Assembly: GCA_036172245.1 (NCBI GenBank)
Contig: JAYWIR010000012.1
Location: forward strand, 1,426,001-1,490,000
Direction: 5' to 3'
DNA length: 64,000 nt
Source: Raillietiella orientalis
Taxonomy: Eukaryota
Shown piece after piece: positions 1 through 13,030 of the stretch. The stretch's first letter is position 1; every line of letters starts with the position of its first letter. The notes below the pieces were generated by a model. That model was not told where the DNA came from. It did not search any database and was given only the letters and a program-made list of their open reading frames with translations. The position numbers and the translations under genes are program-made.

Positions 1-1299
1 GCCGCTTCGGGCTGCACTCGAAGCCGCCGCCGGTAGAGGGCACTAAGAGGGAGCAAAAGGACACCTTCCGAGAGACCGAGTCCAGGACCCACCCGGGCAC
101 CCGCCTGTAGCAGGGCAGGGGAGAGAGGAAGGATCGCAGTCCGGCCGCTGCCGCGGTCGGCGCTGGTGGCAGCTCCTCCCGGGAGGCGGCGAAGGGACAG
201 GACGGGGCCGCCGCCCGAGGGTCTTCCGATGCGCGGCAGTCCACCGCTGCGTTTCCTCCCGGACGGCGCCGAGGGTCTCCCCGAAGTCCGATCGGGTCTC
301 CCGACGTGCCAGGCATCTTCGGGAGATTCGTCCTCCTCCCAGCTTCCGTTTCCCTCGGATTTATTGCCGTGTTATCTGACGGCGTTCCCATCCGCCGAGC
401 GGAAGCAGCCAGGAAACGAATTGCCAGCAGGCAGAGGGTCCTCGGCAGTTAAGTGCCGTGCTCCATGGCAACCGAGACCGCAGAACTTTCTCCCTGCAGA
501 AATCTGCCTGCACTACCCGGTCTCGAGGTCGAATCGATGAGGCGGCGGACCGGACCCGCAGTGTTTCCCGGGACGCCAGGGGGTGCTTCCGTCGCTGGAA
601 GACGTCTGAGTCAGGACATCCCTTGGAATCGGACCCGCTCGTCTGCTCGCGTGGGGGACCTCCAGTGGTGGCGGAAGAGCTTTCAGGCGCGCCTCCGCCT
701 TCCCTCCGCTTCTACTGGAAGCTGCGATCATTACAGACGCGCGCGCGCAGCCACGGGAGGGCTTTTACAGCCGGCCTCGAGTCCCGCGGGAAGAGGGCGG
801 GGAGTTGCAGGGAGCGTTTCCTGGTCTCCTCCCGGAAGCCTCCTTTCTCGCTTCCCCACGCACCGGACCGTCCAGTCAGCTGCCGAGGAGTCCCACTGCG
901 CGTCCTCCTCCCTTCCGTCCGGTCCTGGTTCAGACTTCCTCGGGACGGTGGGACGGGAGGAGCTCGAAATGGTGGTCCCCTTGGAATTTCTCGGACCTGA
1001 AAATGGGTGCTCCGGGCGACGAGCCTCCCTCTGTCTTCCTCCCTGGACGAGAGGAGGATGGAGGCGAGGGATTTTCCAAGACGACGTCCCGGATGCCCTG
1101 GGGCGGGCGCCGGACGACAGAGGGCTCTGGAAGCCGGCTGTCTCCGCGGAGACGGAGGGGCCGCGACACCCTCCTTGAGCCGCGGAGCAGCTTCCCCCTC
1201 CCTTCCGCACAGAGTAGGGGTGACCGGTTGGCTCCTTTTCCGGGGGCGGTCCGCGAGCATCCCTCCGGATTCCGTGCCCTTGTTGGATTCGCTTATCCC

Positions 1300-2240
1300 C
1301 GTGGCTGGAGCACCACCGACTCAGCGGCTTCCGCCTCCACTTCCGTTGCACTGCAGACGGCCTTGGAAACCTCCAGCGTGGCTCTCCCGACAAAGGCGAA
1401 TGGGTCGGACTCCCCCATCGGGTCGGAGCGATCCAGCAGAGATGGCCCGTGTCTGCACGGATCCGCAGCGACGTCCAATCGGGGAGGATCGGCTGAGACG
1501 GCGACCGCGCTGAGCACGGTCCTCAGGATCGCTCCCGGTCGCTCGACAACTCAGTGGCCTCCAGGATCTCTCCGCATGCCTTTCCCATGCTCCCGGGTCT
1601 CGGCCCTCCTCGCTCTCTTTCTGGCTGGACCGTTCCTCCCTGCTCAGCCAGGAGAGTATCTGGGGCTGAAGGAGGAAGATTCAAAGAGAAAGAGGGGGCA
1701 TCCCTTCGTCCTCTTTTACTCAGTAGAGTCTCCTCCTTCCTTGCCTCTATTTGGGGAAAGGTCCCACTCAGGCCTCCTCGATCACTGAGGTGGGTCGCAA
1801 CTGACTCTGGTGCCTCGAGGCAACGAGCCACAGTTTCTCGCCTTTTCGGGTTCCGCTCTCAGGCCGCACGACTCCGGGACGGATTATCCGAGGGCAGCGG
1901 AGAGCTCCTCTTCCTCCTTCCTCGTCCTCCCGGGGACCAGAAGCTTCCCTTTTGGTTCTCCACTCAGCCAGGAGAAAGAGCTTCTTGGACGGTAGTACGG
2001 AAAGGAGGAAGGCGGATGAACTCATCTCCGGGGTCTGCGTTCCGTCCGCATATCCTTCCCCCGCCCCTCGGTGGAGCTGCTGCTCCCTACGAAGTCCACC
2101 TTTCATCCCCTTCCCTATGCTCGTTCCTGCGCCTTTTCCCCGACAACTCCGCCTGGAAACCACTAGAGGCGCACGCGTTGCCGACGGGCAGCCGGGACCG
2201 ATGGCATCCCTCCTTCCCGGTCGTTGAGCGGGAGAGGGAA
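1300..2240 (+). mobile_element. Decayed LINE ORF2 remnant (end of endonuclease/linker to start of RT)
   Basis: ORF 1554..2525 contains PLGGAAAPYEVH...SAWK...LPTGSRDRWHPSF, resembling PGPDGxPYEFY...SWK...LPKxG..WRPISL of L1-type RT domains 0-1; heavily degenerate. Confidence 0.4.
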
Positions 2241-5200
2241 GCGTCCCAGAGAGCCTCTTCCCTCTTTTTCCCCCTCCACCCCCCCTTCTTTCCCCGTTCC
2301 CTTTTTCTTTTTTCCCCTCCTGCGGCAGCTCAATCGAAAGGACGGGGAACGAGCGCGCGCATGCGGCGGGTGGCGCAGCGGACGCGAGGCCGTGGAGAGC
2401 CTATGAGGGCCGTTGCCATAGCGATCGGGAAGAGAGGAAGTGAGAAAAGGAAAGAGAGGGGGGCAAGCGAGAGCGCCCAAGGGGACGGATGGGATCACCT
2501 GATAAACGCGAGACTCTCCCGCTAGGGGGGAGCGGAGTCGAGGACCGCGGGAGTCCCGAATCTTCCAGCTCCTCCTGCGCCTTTTATCTTCTTTATCTTT
2601 CCCGGAGCCGAGCCATCTCTCATAGACGGCTGTCAGCTTCCATGGAGCAGCAGCATCCGGCGAGATAAACCGGCGAAATTGCCGAGGGAGTGGGAGGGGG
2701 GGGGGGGAAGGAATGGCCGTCGGCGGACGGCGGAGTCCTCGAAGATCAGAAAAAAAAAAAGAAGGGAAGCGGAGAGGAAAAAAAAAAAGAAGAGAAGACG
2801 GGAATTCTGCGCTCCCTCTGCTTTTGTCGGGACCATTAGCGAGGAATAGAACACCGGTCCCGGGATCCCTTCGAGTGCCTGGCTTTCCTCCCTCCCCACG
2901 CGCGCGCATCCCGGCCACGCTCACGGAGAGACGCATGCCAGAGGGAGAGGCTGAGAGGCGTGGACCGGAAAAATTCGCCTCGTATCCGGGACGTTCCGCT
3001 GATCGATCGATCGCTGCCGCGCGGAGGATCCCGCACTTCGAAGGAGAGGAGAGGGGATTCCTTCATGGAGCGAGTCCGGCCCTTCCTTCCGTCGGCCCCA
3101 GCCTCCCGGTGCCCGCGAGGATCCTCGCAGCATCCCGTGTCCAATCGATGCCCCCTCCCCTCCCGCAGCGCGTGCGTCCCGGAGATCCGCGGGGACCGGA
3201 GCCGGGAGGGTGTTGCAAGGTCTCCCTTCTCTCCCCATCCGGTTTATCCCCCGTCCGGTTGTCTAGAGACCAGGCCAGGGAAGCGTCGCCCCTACCCGCT
3301 GCCGCTGAGGCGCCGCTTCTCCAGATCCGCGAACGGCTGAAGAAGGGCGTTTGTAGCCCTCCTCCTCCTGGAGCAGGGAATCTCCACTAGGCAACCCCTC
3401 CGGGTGCCCCCAGGGGGGACGCGGACGACGTGCCAGCACAGCGGCATCCCGAAAGCGGCTCCTGCGGACGGGATCGCTTCCGGGGTGTTCCTGCGCCGTG
3501 CCTCGGGCGGTTGGGTGACGGCAGCAATTGCCCGTCCTGCGACGCACCTCTTTGGCCAAGTCTTGGGGACGACCACGAGCTTCCCTCTTTTCCAGTCTCA
3601 TCTCCGGGTGCAAAGGACTGAGGTGGGGTCCATGGGACGGTCTAGAACCTTCTTTCTGGCCCGGGTCGCGCGGGGGCTGCTCCCCTATAATTCTGAATCT
3701 GAAGAAGGTCCTCGAGACGCGGACACCACTTGGTGTTCCGGGCCCCACCGGAAGCACCCCGAGACAAACGAACGCAGGAAGTTCGTCCGCTTCCTGCGCC
3801 TTCGAACGACTCTTGCGCGCGGGGGGCGAGAGCGTTTCTCTCGGGAGCGGACAGTGGAGACCGCTGCTCGCGGCTGGAGCAGCTGAGGGGTCCCCGTTGC
3901 CACGGAAACGGTCCAGAGCATCCGGGAAGTTGCGCGCCTTGAGGGAAGCTGAGCCGTTTCCGTCGTCTGGAGGTCAAGATTCATTTCTGCCACGTGGCTC
4001 CTTCTGGCAAAGGGTGCTGCGGAGCGATCTTTTGGAACTGACCGGGGCTTCGTCCCCGAACGATGGCGCGGTGACCTCCTCTCTCCCTGCGCTGCCTCTT
4101 CCTCCCCAGCGAGACCGTCTCCAGGGAAACCTGCTCCCGCCAGATTAGGGAAGGGGAGGGAGGGTGGCTGAGGGTGATGTTGCCTTCGCTCCTCCCTCCC
4201 CACTCCGAGAAGCAACCGTGGTGGTGCACGAGCGCTCAGCACCGGGTTCCCTTCGCGGGGGACCACTCGGAGCTGAGTGGCGGCGGCGCTGCCTCCAAGG
4301 GTTTTCTGGTTACGGAAAGCCATCGGAGGGCTGCTGCAGATCCTTGGACTCCCCAGCTGCCCTTTTTGTCGGCCCGGCACCGGCCCGGCGCGCCTCCAGA
4401 GCTCTTGATTCTGGCATCGTTTCGTCTCCTTCGGGATCGCGACTGCCGGTTCCGTCGTCCCGGGACTCTGCCGTTCTTCCCTCCCAAGCAGGCGAAGCTT
4501 TCGGCGTCCTTTGGCCCCTGCCCCCTGCGGACTTTGGGGAAACGCACTATTTTTAGAAAACGGTGGCGCGGAGTCTTCCCACCAGAATGGTCGGCGGACC
4601 GGATCGAGGATGCGGGGATAGCACCGGCGTTCGCCGCTCCTTCCGGCCAGCTCATCCTGCTTCCTCAGTGTTCCATTGGCGCCCGCCGTGCGGGGCGAGA
4701 GTGCGCTCCAACGGATCATCACGTAACGCCGCCTGCTGCTCGTCTTTGCTCCTGCACGCTCCCTTTCCCCCCGTCCCTTGCCAATGTGCGGCCTTCACAA
4801 GGGATCGACCCCTCCTCCAGGGGAGAAGCTGCCCATAGCCTCAGGGAGGGGGGAGGGGTCAAACGTGGCGCAGAAGCGCATGTTCTGACCCGCCCTGTAG
4901 ATCGAAGCTTTCCTTCGTCCGGAGGGACCGTCCGGGTCGCGGGATGGCGGACGCAGAGGTGTAAAACCGAAACGTCGGGCTGCTCTCTCCGGGCGCCGAA
5001 ACGCGGAGCTCGCGCTTGTTGCTGGCGCTCATCTTTCTCCAGGGTACCGAGAGAGTGTATTCTTCCTTTCGGAGCCGCCGACCCCCTCCGAAACCACCTG
5101 GGAAGGACGGCAGTCCCCTTTTTCCCATCGGCTTTCCACCACTACGTTAGTCACCCCGCGACCCGGAGGATCCCTCTGGACAAAGGAAGGTTTCGATCCG

Positions 5201-6049
5201 AGGACTCCAGGCGCTCTGTTGTGCTCCGCGGGGCGTTTCGGGACGTCAGTTGGGCCCATCCCGCCCCCGACCTCCCCTCTTTCCTTCCGAGCGGAAGCTG
5301 GTCTCTAAGAAGGAGTCGTGGAGATGAGGTCAACGGGTCTTCGAACCTCCTGGTCTTCTCAGGGACGAAGCTCAGCACCACAGCTCGTGCTCGGCACCCG
5401 CATCTGGGCCGTTTTTCATTTCAGCAGCCTCCTTCGCGCGGAGTCCTTCGAGTAGGGCGTCGGCATCTGGGCAGATTGGGAGGGTCCGTCTTCATGACGC
5501 CCGCTGGTAAATCATCTCGGCAAGAAAACGAAGCCATCAAGAAGAGTCAACGAGCTGAAACAAACGCGCATTGATTCCGGTTCAGGGAAAAACGAGGGAG
5601 GCTGGGGAGCGAGGACCGCCTCGATCTTGCGAGGATCTGGTGCCGACCTAACGCTCGACCCCTGCCGTCCTGCTAGCAAAGATGGGGAGAAAGGGGGTGA
5701 GGGTAGGGAGGAGGGGGAGGAACACGCACGACGTCTTCTTGCCCGCGTTTGCACAGCAGCAGCTCGGAGTCGAACTCCCCCCCCCCCGAGTTCGATTTGC
5801 CCGATCCGCGGAGCGCCCGTCGCCGAGGGGGAGGAGGAGGAGGGGGCGAGCAGCTCCGCGAAGCGGAAGCGGCGGCGAAGGGAAGCGGAGGAGAAGACCG
5901 GCTCTCCCGGACTTCTCCCTCCCGAGTTCGGGCGGCCCGGACTCGGGCGGGAAAGGAGAGGAAGCCGTTTGTCTACAGAAGGAAGTCGAAAGAGGGGGAG
6001 GGGTGGATTTGGAGTCGGAGGGATCTCCCCTATCCTCGGGATAATGTTC

Positions 6050-6725
6050 GCCAGATGCTGAAGAACCATTCGCTTGGAGTCTCACGAAGCTCTCTGACGC
6101 TGTCCGGGGATGTGTGTGTCAATTCTTCAAATTATAGATGGCAGCCACGAGAGGGGACCACCTCATGAATCCAGGAAGGGCACCGTTCCTCTTACTCTTG
6201 GAAGGGAATTCGGAAGAAAACCTCTTCCTGTTTCTCTCCGGAAAAGTCCCTATTTCTTCTCCGAAAGGATCCCAAAAGGGATCCGCTTCTGGAATTTCTT
6301 CTCCAGAAGGAACCCTCAAGGGAACCGTTCCTTCCTCTGCAGAGAACTCTGAAGGGAAGCTTCCCATTTTCTCCGAAGGGCGCTCCCCGAAGGGAATCAT
6401 TCTCTTCACACTCTGGATAGGGATGGATATCTCTGGATCCACCAGCTTCATGATCTGAGGTGGACAGGGTTCCCTTCAGCAGGGAACCGGCGCCTTGATA
6501 TCCTGGAAAGACCTTGGAGGGTCAACTAAGAATTCCGGACAGCCAACGGGAACCTCCGTTTCCCGCCAGTGCCAACGCACATGAAGAGGTCAACCAGCGT
6601 CATCTTGAGGAGTAGCACTCAAAACCCACCACGCACCTTTCCCTACCCCGTTCTTTACGTCGGTCCTTCCCTGGGTGGGATTCGAACCCGCGATTTTCGA
6701 TGCTGCAGCCACACGGCAGCCAACG
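6050..6725 (-). mobile_element. tRNA-headed long SINE-like element, near full-length copy
   Basis: Minus strand: A-box-like TTGGCTGCCGTGTGGCT, B-box GGTTCGAATCCC (6677-6688); body aligns by eye with copies at 23930-24710, 26878-27245, 48140-48945 and 52345-53025, down to the 3' GGTTCTTCAGCAT motif. Confidence 0.8.
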
Positions 6726-8559
6726 AGGGTTCTTCTGAGGAAATGCAGAAGAGCCGAGGTCCCCGGCAGCACGTGAAACCTCCGCTCTTCCTTCCGTCAG
6801 TTGTGCGAGGATGCAGGGCTGGACCAACCGGATCCTCGAGAGAACTGTGGACCGGGCGAAGGGCGAAGAAGTGGCGACCACTGCAACGCCTATCTAAAAG
6901 CGAGGTGAGAGGGGAGGGACTTGTTTGTGCGCGTGGCCTTTAGTAACCTCCCCTGGTGCGGACCACACAGCGTGGGCAGTTGTGCTCCTGGAGGAGCCGA
7001 CGTGTCCCGTTCAAAACGCCGCAAGTGAAACGCGCGAGCTCCGGTCGCTCGACCTGGGAGGGTGGAGAATGGGGTGGAGATGAAGCTAGGGGAGGAGGGA
7101 AGCGCACCTTCCGGGGAAAGGGGCAGAGAGCTCTTCGCATCTCCTTCGGAGCTGATCGTCGTGGGGCCCTGGCCCCACGAGTCTGCACTGCTACCGCCCT
7201 CGGGAAGACACGGCCTCGCTCGTGCGATCGCTTCGGCGCTCGCAGTCCCGTCGCGGGATGCGGCCGGGAGATCGAGAATGGAATCACCCCCTCTTGTTCC
7301 TCCCAGCTGGCGTTCCCCTTGCACAGTTACCTCCAGCCTCCTCGCGCGGCGATTCTCAGCCCGTCTCGAACACACTGGAAGTTCCGAGGGAGTGTGTCCC
7401 CCTCGCCCTTGGATGCTGCCCTCATCCGCGTCCACGCCCTAAGTCCCCTACCCCTATCTGTCTTCAGGACCGTGCGTGGAAGTCAGTAGCGCAAGCGCGA
7501 AAGCTTCCAGAGGGCATCAGCGGGGGCAGCAGGGGAGGAAGACCGTGCCCACGCCCACGGGTCGGCTGCAGCAAAATTTCCAAAGGAGCACGTGGGAGTG
7601 GGCAGAGATGGGCTCAATCCCGGAGGGTGTCCCCTTTCCCCTGCATCGAGGAGGTCGCGACCCTTCCTCCCTCTCTCGCAGCCGCCGCTCCCTTCCCCAT
7701 TTTCCGAACATCTGCTGGCGGAGAGAAACGCCGCAGGGAACGCGCGATCGAGGAGGTTGAGGGGGGGGGGAGGAGAGCAGTGAGCTGCCAATAGTACTTT
7801 CAGATACGACGCTGCTCTGCGGAGCGCTCCACCACCGCTTCTTCCTTCCGGGATCTGGGTCGAAAAAGTCCCTCCCAAGAACAAGACGCTCTTGATGGAA
7901 CTGCAAAAGCGCAGCCGCTGCCTCTCAGGTCTGCGCGACCACGCCCTCGAAGCAGGGCGGAGCGGAAAGAGCCAGCCTCTGGGGGGAAGGGGGGGTTCGG
8001 TTTGCGTCTCGAAAAGGGGTCAGGGACACGACCGCGGAGCTGACGGGACCCATGTGACCCTCAGCAGACTGCTGGGCGCTGTCCGTTTGTGAGTCGAGCC
8101 TCCCTTCGTGCGCTTGCCAGGGAGCGGACGGAATCCAAGAGGCGAGAGGACCTTCGAACCCTCAGGAGCATCGCCCGGGCTATCGCACACACGCAGTTTT
8201 GGAGCGCTCTGCTTTGTCTTATCCGGGAAGACAACCAGAGCAGCAGAGGGACCTGCCGAACCCGAAAGCGTTACCTGGGAGGGGAATTCCATGTTCCTCC
8301 CTCGTACTCTTTTCAGGCCGTTGCTACCTCATTGCTATGCCTGTCACGAATGCATCTCGAGGGACTGAGAAGAGAAAAACACCTCCTTTCCCCCACGCGC
8401 AAGCCGAAAGGCGAGGCAGAAGCACCGAGAACTGCCAACGAGTGGGAGGAGAGGCTGGTGAACGCCACCTGACTCCTACGAATCCCCTTCGCGGAGGAGG
8501 CGGGGCGAAGGGAGGCGAATCCGAGGGCCGTTTCCACGATCGCAGTCGGCCCTCCAAGC

Positions 8560-10457
8560 CAACTCGGAAAGTGCCGCGGTGGGCGCATTATTCCTGGCTT
8601 CCTCAACTCACTCATCGCAATGGAGATTCTGTTTCTGCATCTTTCCCGCTCGATTCCTCGAGTTCCAGGTCCCCCAGTGAAGGTTGCGTTGCGATGCCAC
8701 TCTGCGACATCTTCAGCAGCCGTCACCTGCCCATCCTCGGCATATGCCCAGGAAAGGAAGCGTAAAGCGTGACCTTTCCTACCGAAGAGGAAGCGGACCA
8801 AGGCGGCGGCGCGTCCCGCGAGAGACCACACCGTGGGTTGGGCGCACTTCCCGTCCGAACTCAACGGGTCCGTCCGTGCGCCCCTCGCGCGCAGAGGGAA
8901 GGCGCCGGGAGCCTGCGCAAGCGCGCTACGTGGCAGGAGATGGGATCTTGACCACGCCATCAGCCCCACGGGCATCCAGAACAAGAAGGTGACCAATCGG
9001 CCTGCTGGTATCCGGAAGAGCAGTGGGAGGATGGCTGGTGGCCTCAAGCTCCCTCCCGGTAAGGATCCAAAGCCGCAACGGTACCTAGTGTTTCCGGGTG
9101 ACGGGGGAATGAGCCTGTTGGGGCCGCTCTGAATCCCCTTCCGAGCTCCACGAGAGAAGAGAGGACCAGTGCTCCTTCCCACCGGCGGAGGGGTCTTTGG
9201 GCGACCTCGGAATGCGAGATGGGATACTGCACGAAGAAAGCAGGGGGTCACGGGGTGGCGGCGAGTGGGGCGCGTCAGGGGGGGAGGGCAGGAGCGGGCC
9301 ATCTCCCGAGAGATCTGCCGGAGGCTCAGGCAGCAGGGGTGGGAAAGCCTTAGACAGCCGCCACTTCGGGTGGATGCAGAAGCGGCGGGGGCCGCCATGT
9401 GGGAAGACGACATCCTAGAACGTTTCCTGCTGATCCTCCGCGTTGCCCTTCTCTCTCTTTACCGGGTTTACGTGCGCTCGCGCTGCGCCTCCAGGAGGTC
9501 GGGGGAGGGGGGAAGGCAAACCGAGCAGAAAGACCCGATAAATGGGGAAGCCCTTCCTCACCCGGTCATGCGGGGGCGTTCTCTTTTTGGAAAGAAACGC
9601 GCAGGGGAACTCGGGAAGCAGACGAACGCCGGCTTCCGCGGCCTGGGTTCACCGACATGCAAGTCGCGGAGGATCTGGAACGAAAGGAAGGGGGCAATTA
9701 TTAAATAAATAAAGAAGGATAGGGGGGGGGGACAGGAGTCCTTCTCAAACACCGTTCCTCCTCCGCTGCAGCCTTCTCGAGATGCGCGCGGTTTCCCTAG
9801 TGATTTTCCGACGATCCCACACCTGCTCCTGGACTGTGGTGCCCTCCATGAATTGTGGTGAAGAATGGCGTCAGCGCTCCTGAACTAGGGCACCCCGTCC
9901 GCGACCTGCTGCGACGGTTCTTCGCGCCGGGAGAACTCTCGACGGGCGCGGTGATCGCAACAATGGGTTGTCTTCGTCACGGTCCGCCATGTGCTGGAGG
10001 CGACGCCGCAGCGAAGGGAGGTCACCAGAATGGCAGGGCGTCCCCCATGTGAGGACAGCTACGAGGTGGCCTCACCAGGAAGAGGAAGTGGGTGAGGTGA
10101 TCGCCGGCAACCAGCACCGGTTTTGAAAGGAAGAGAGTGGAGGACACCGGTGACCCCTGTCCCCAGCCTCCAGTTATTTTTTTCTCCTCATTCCCTACTC
10201 CCTTTCGCTTCGGAACTTACCTGTTTTTTTTTTTTTTGACCTCGGTATACGAAGCGAACTCTTTCCTATTTCCCCGGATTTCCTTTCTTTTTTTTTTGTT
10301 CCCCTCTCCTCTCTCGTTGCGGACCTTTGGCTATCCCGGCCTATACCTCGGAGGACTCCCCTTCCTTGAATTTCGATTTGTCCTCGGTTGGGAGTCAGCG
10401 TCTTCCTGACTGGTTTCTTTTTATAAAATAAACCTCTCAGCGTGAACGGGTGGAAAA
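8560..10457 (+). mobile_element. Internally deleted L1/Tx1-like LINE (EN - partial RT - zinc finger - 3'UTR)
   Basis: EN-like DHTVGWAHF (xIxGGDFN) and WDLDHAI (SRIDH); RT-like ILHEESRGSRGG and KALDS (KAFD) in 9197..9418; TIPHLLLDCGAL...RDLLRRFFAPG near 9810-9930 homologous to the 16789 ORF; T-rich UTR and AATAAA-hairpin end at 10427-10457. Confidence 0.75.
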
Positions 10458-12699
10458 CTTTCGGACTCAAGTGGGGTCACCACGCTGCGGCCCCCATGAA
10501 AGCTACTGCTGGGCGGACGGTGGCTTTCCATAGCCCCAGGCTTAGCTTGGGAGCCTCGAGGACGCAACCCAACGTTGAGACCGCTGCATGCAACGAAGCG
10601 CCGCAGTGTCTTCCGCGGTGCAGCAGGCCTGAATCACTCTTTGCACACAGTTCCTGGAGGATTCGAAGTCCAGCAACAGGTGCGGGAGCGATTCGATCGC
10701 CCCTCGCCTGGAACGTTTCAGGGATGCAGTTGCCTCTCGGAAACGAAGTGTAGGGAGCCCTCCGCGCTGGAAGCCACGGTGCAGAAAGAGCACCACCTGG
10801 TGCTTCCACTTGAGGAGAGGAGACGATGCGTCCATGCAAAGGGCAGGGATCACTACCAGTTCCTCAGGGAATATACCGAGGAATTTTCCCCACGAAAGCG
10901 GTCCCTCGGGATGTGAAGTGGCCGCGTCCACCAGCTCACTCTCCCTCTGGCAGTCTTGGAGGTTCGTGACTCCCACCCTGCAGGCTGATCACCGTCTCTG
11001 AGGACAGATGGAGCTGCAGCGTAGGGTGTGAAGGCCAGTCTGGGCCACTTGCTGGAGTGATGCAGCAGAACTTCCAAGAGGACGTTGCACAGGGTTCTTC
11101 GGGGTACGAAGTTCTTCCGGTAAAACAGGATGTGCCGTGACCAGAACGAAGAAGGCGAGGGGCAGGGCGGCCTGTGAGCGGGGAGAGCGGCCTTGTGCTC
11201 TCCAGGGAATCCAGGACGAGTGTCGCTCGGGAAGGCATGTAGCGGCGTAAAGCGCGAGGGCGCGGAAGGGATCGCGTGCGGCTGCAGCAGTGGCAAGGGA
11301 AGTTCTCGGGGGAAGGTCTATAGGGTGAGGTACAGAAGCGTCGGAGAGGAAAAGACTGATCCGAGACGAAGAAGAGTGACCTTACAAATCTGCTTCATTT
11401 GTTCTTGGCAACTTCTGAAGGCAATTCATTCTCTCAATGAGCCATTGGGGCATTAGGATAGACGCAGGGAAGGACGGCGGATGGGTGCGCTGAACTCGCC
11501 TGGATGGTGGCGACCTATCTAGATAGATCGCTCGTCTGGCAAGAGCGCACAGAGGGTGTTTTCCCAAGCGTGGCCTCTTGCAAGCACACGGGAGTAACAA
11601 GCATGGAGAACTTGATGGTTGCCTTAGCACTCTCACTGATGAGGGAAGGAAAGTGCCTCTCGAAGCACGCGCTCTCTCGAGAACAAATCCATTCAAGAGT
11701 GCTCACTTTCCGCGAGCAGGATGCCCAAGATGGCCTTCTTTCAGCAACCTCTCCGGTCAGTCTTCTCTTTTCTTTCTATTCTTTTGCACAGTTCGCGTCG
11801 TCCTTGCACTTCGGACGCTTCTCGAGTCTTGAAATCCAGCTTCACAACTGGGAAGAATCTTTCGGTTCCGCAATCTTTTTCTGAGGAGAAAATGCCTCCT
11901 CCATTATTCACGACTGAAAAATGGGGTCCTTGGTGTGGGGAGAGGGAACGCGAAGCTGTTGCGGTCATAGCTGCCTGCCTTAGAGCCAGAGGAGCCGCTA
12001 ATTAAGGAGAGGCGAAATATGGGCATCTTTTCAGTCCACGCTACTGAGATGCCCCGAGGTTCCGTCTTCGGAGCACTGTCAGTGTTGGACGCTGGTTTGC
12101 TGCCTCTCTCTCAGTGACTCTGACCACGCGCTCTGGCTCCATGAGGTCACGTGATATCATGCGAGCACCGTTTTCACCTGATTCCTCTGGTATGCACCTT
12201 TTCCAAAAAAAAAAAACTAACAGGCAATGTGGACCAGCAAATCCACTATGACCACCGACTCGCAGGTCGGCTTTACAGAAGGGCAGGTGACATCCGCCGC
12301 GTCTTCTTAAACGCGCGCTCGATGCAGGCGGCCTCCTGTAAATGTGACAGAGACCATTTTGCCAATTTCCCATTACCGCGGATTTGAGGCGCGTGGTCCT
12401 TCCTTGCCTCCTCAGTTGCCTTCCCAAAGGTCACGATCCTCCTGACGCAGTAAAGGACAGGGAGATCGGGGAAGCAGACGAAATCCTTCCTGTGCAGAGC
12501 AGCGCAGCAGCAGCTCTTCCGGAGTGTCCCTGGATCAAAGCAGAGCAGCCACGGGGCGTTCCACACGCCTCGAAGGTCACCGCGGTCCGCAGCAGGTTCC
12601 GAACGTTTCTTCTTCCCTGCGCACCTGGCGCAGTTCAAAGAGGCGCTGCCCCTCGTCCGGCGATGGCTCTGATGGTTGCACCGCAAGTCCTGGCGCGCC

Positions 12700-13030
12700 A
12701 GCAGAAAAATCTCTTCGTGCTGCCATTTGAGAGGGAGCACAGAGGTGTCCTCAGGTGGAGGGGAACACTGAGATGTATTACCCTCGAGGGCACAGAGTTC
12801 CCGCTGTCAAACAGAAAAGTCCTGTTGAACAGCGAAATCTTTAGGCATTCCTCTCAGAGGGGCAGTCCTTTAGCGAGGTCACTAGGTGTCGCCTACTGGT
12901 CCGTCCTCCACCGGCCCATCGATTTCGCCGCCTCCATTACGAGGTCCACCCTGCCGGCTGGAAAGTGCCACTCCTTTTCCGTAGGTAAGACAGTGCTGCG
13001 CCTAGGGAGGTGGCAGTGGCTCATGTCCAC
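12700..13030 (-). mobile_element. Decayed LINE endonuclease fragment
   Basis: Weak nucleotide similarity to the EN segment at 8700-8950/40980-41200 in opposite orientation (cctacggaaaaggag vs cctaccgaagaggaag). Confidence 0.3.

Noticed and set aside
805..1788. 327-aa ORF
   Set aside because: Low-complexity translation typical of GC-rich DNA; overlaps decayed LINE sequence; no recognisable host domain
2364..2385. A-box-like GGTGGCGCAGCGG
   Set aside because: No downstream B-box or cloverleaf
4174..5574. 466-aa ORF
   Set aside because: R/P/S/A-rich with no motif; equally long ORFs overlap on both strands, as expected by chance at this GC
11636..11665. Hammerhead-like CTGATGAG...CTCGAAG
   Set aside because: GAAG rather than GAAA and no supporting stems I/III
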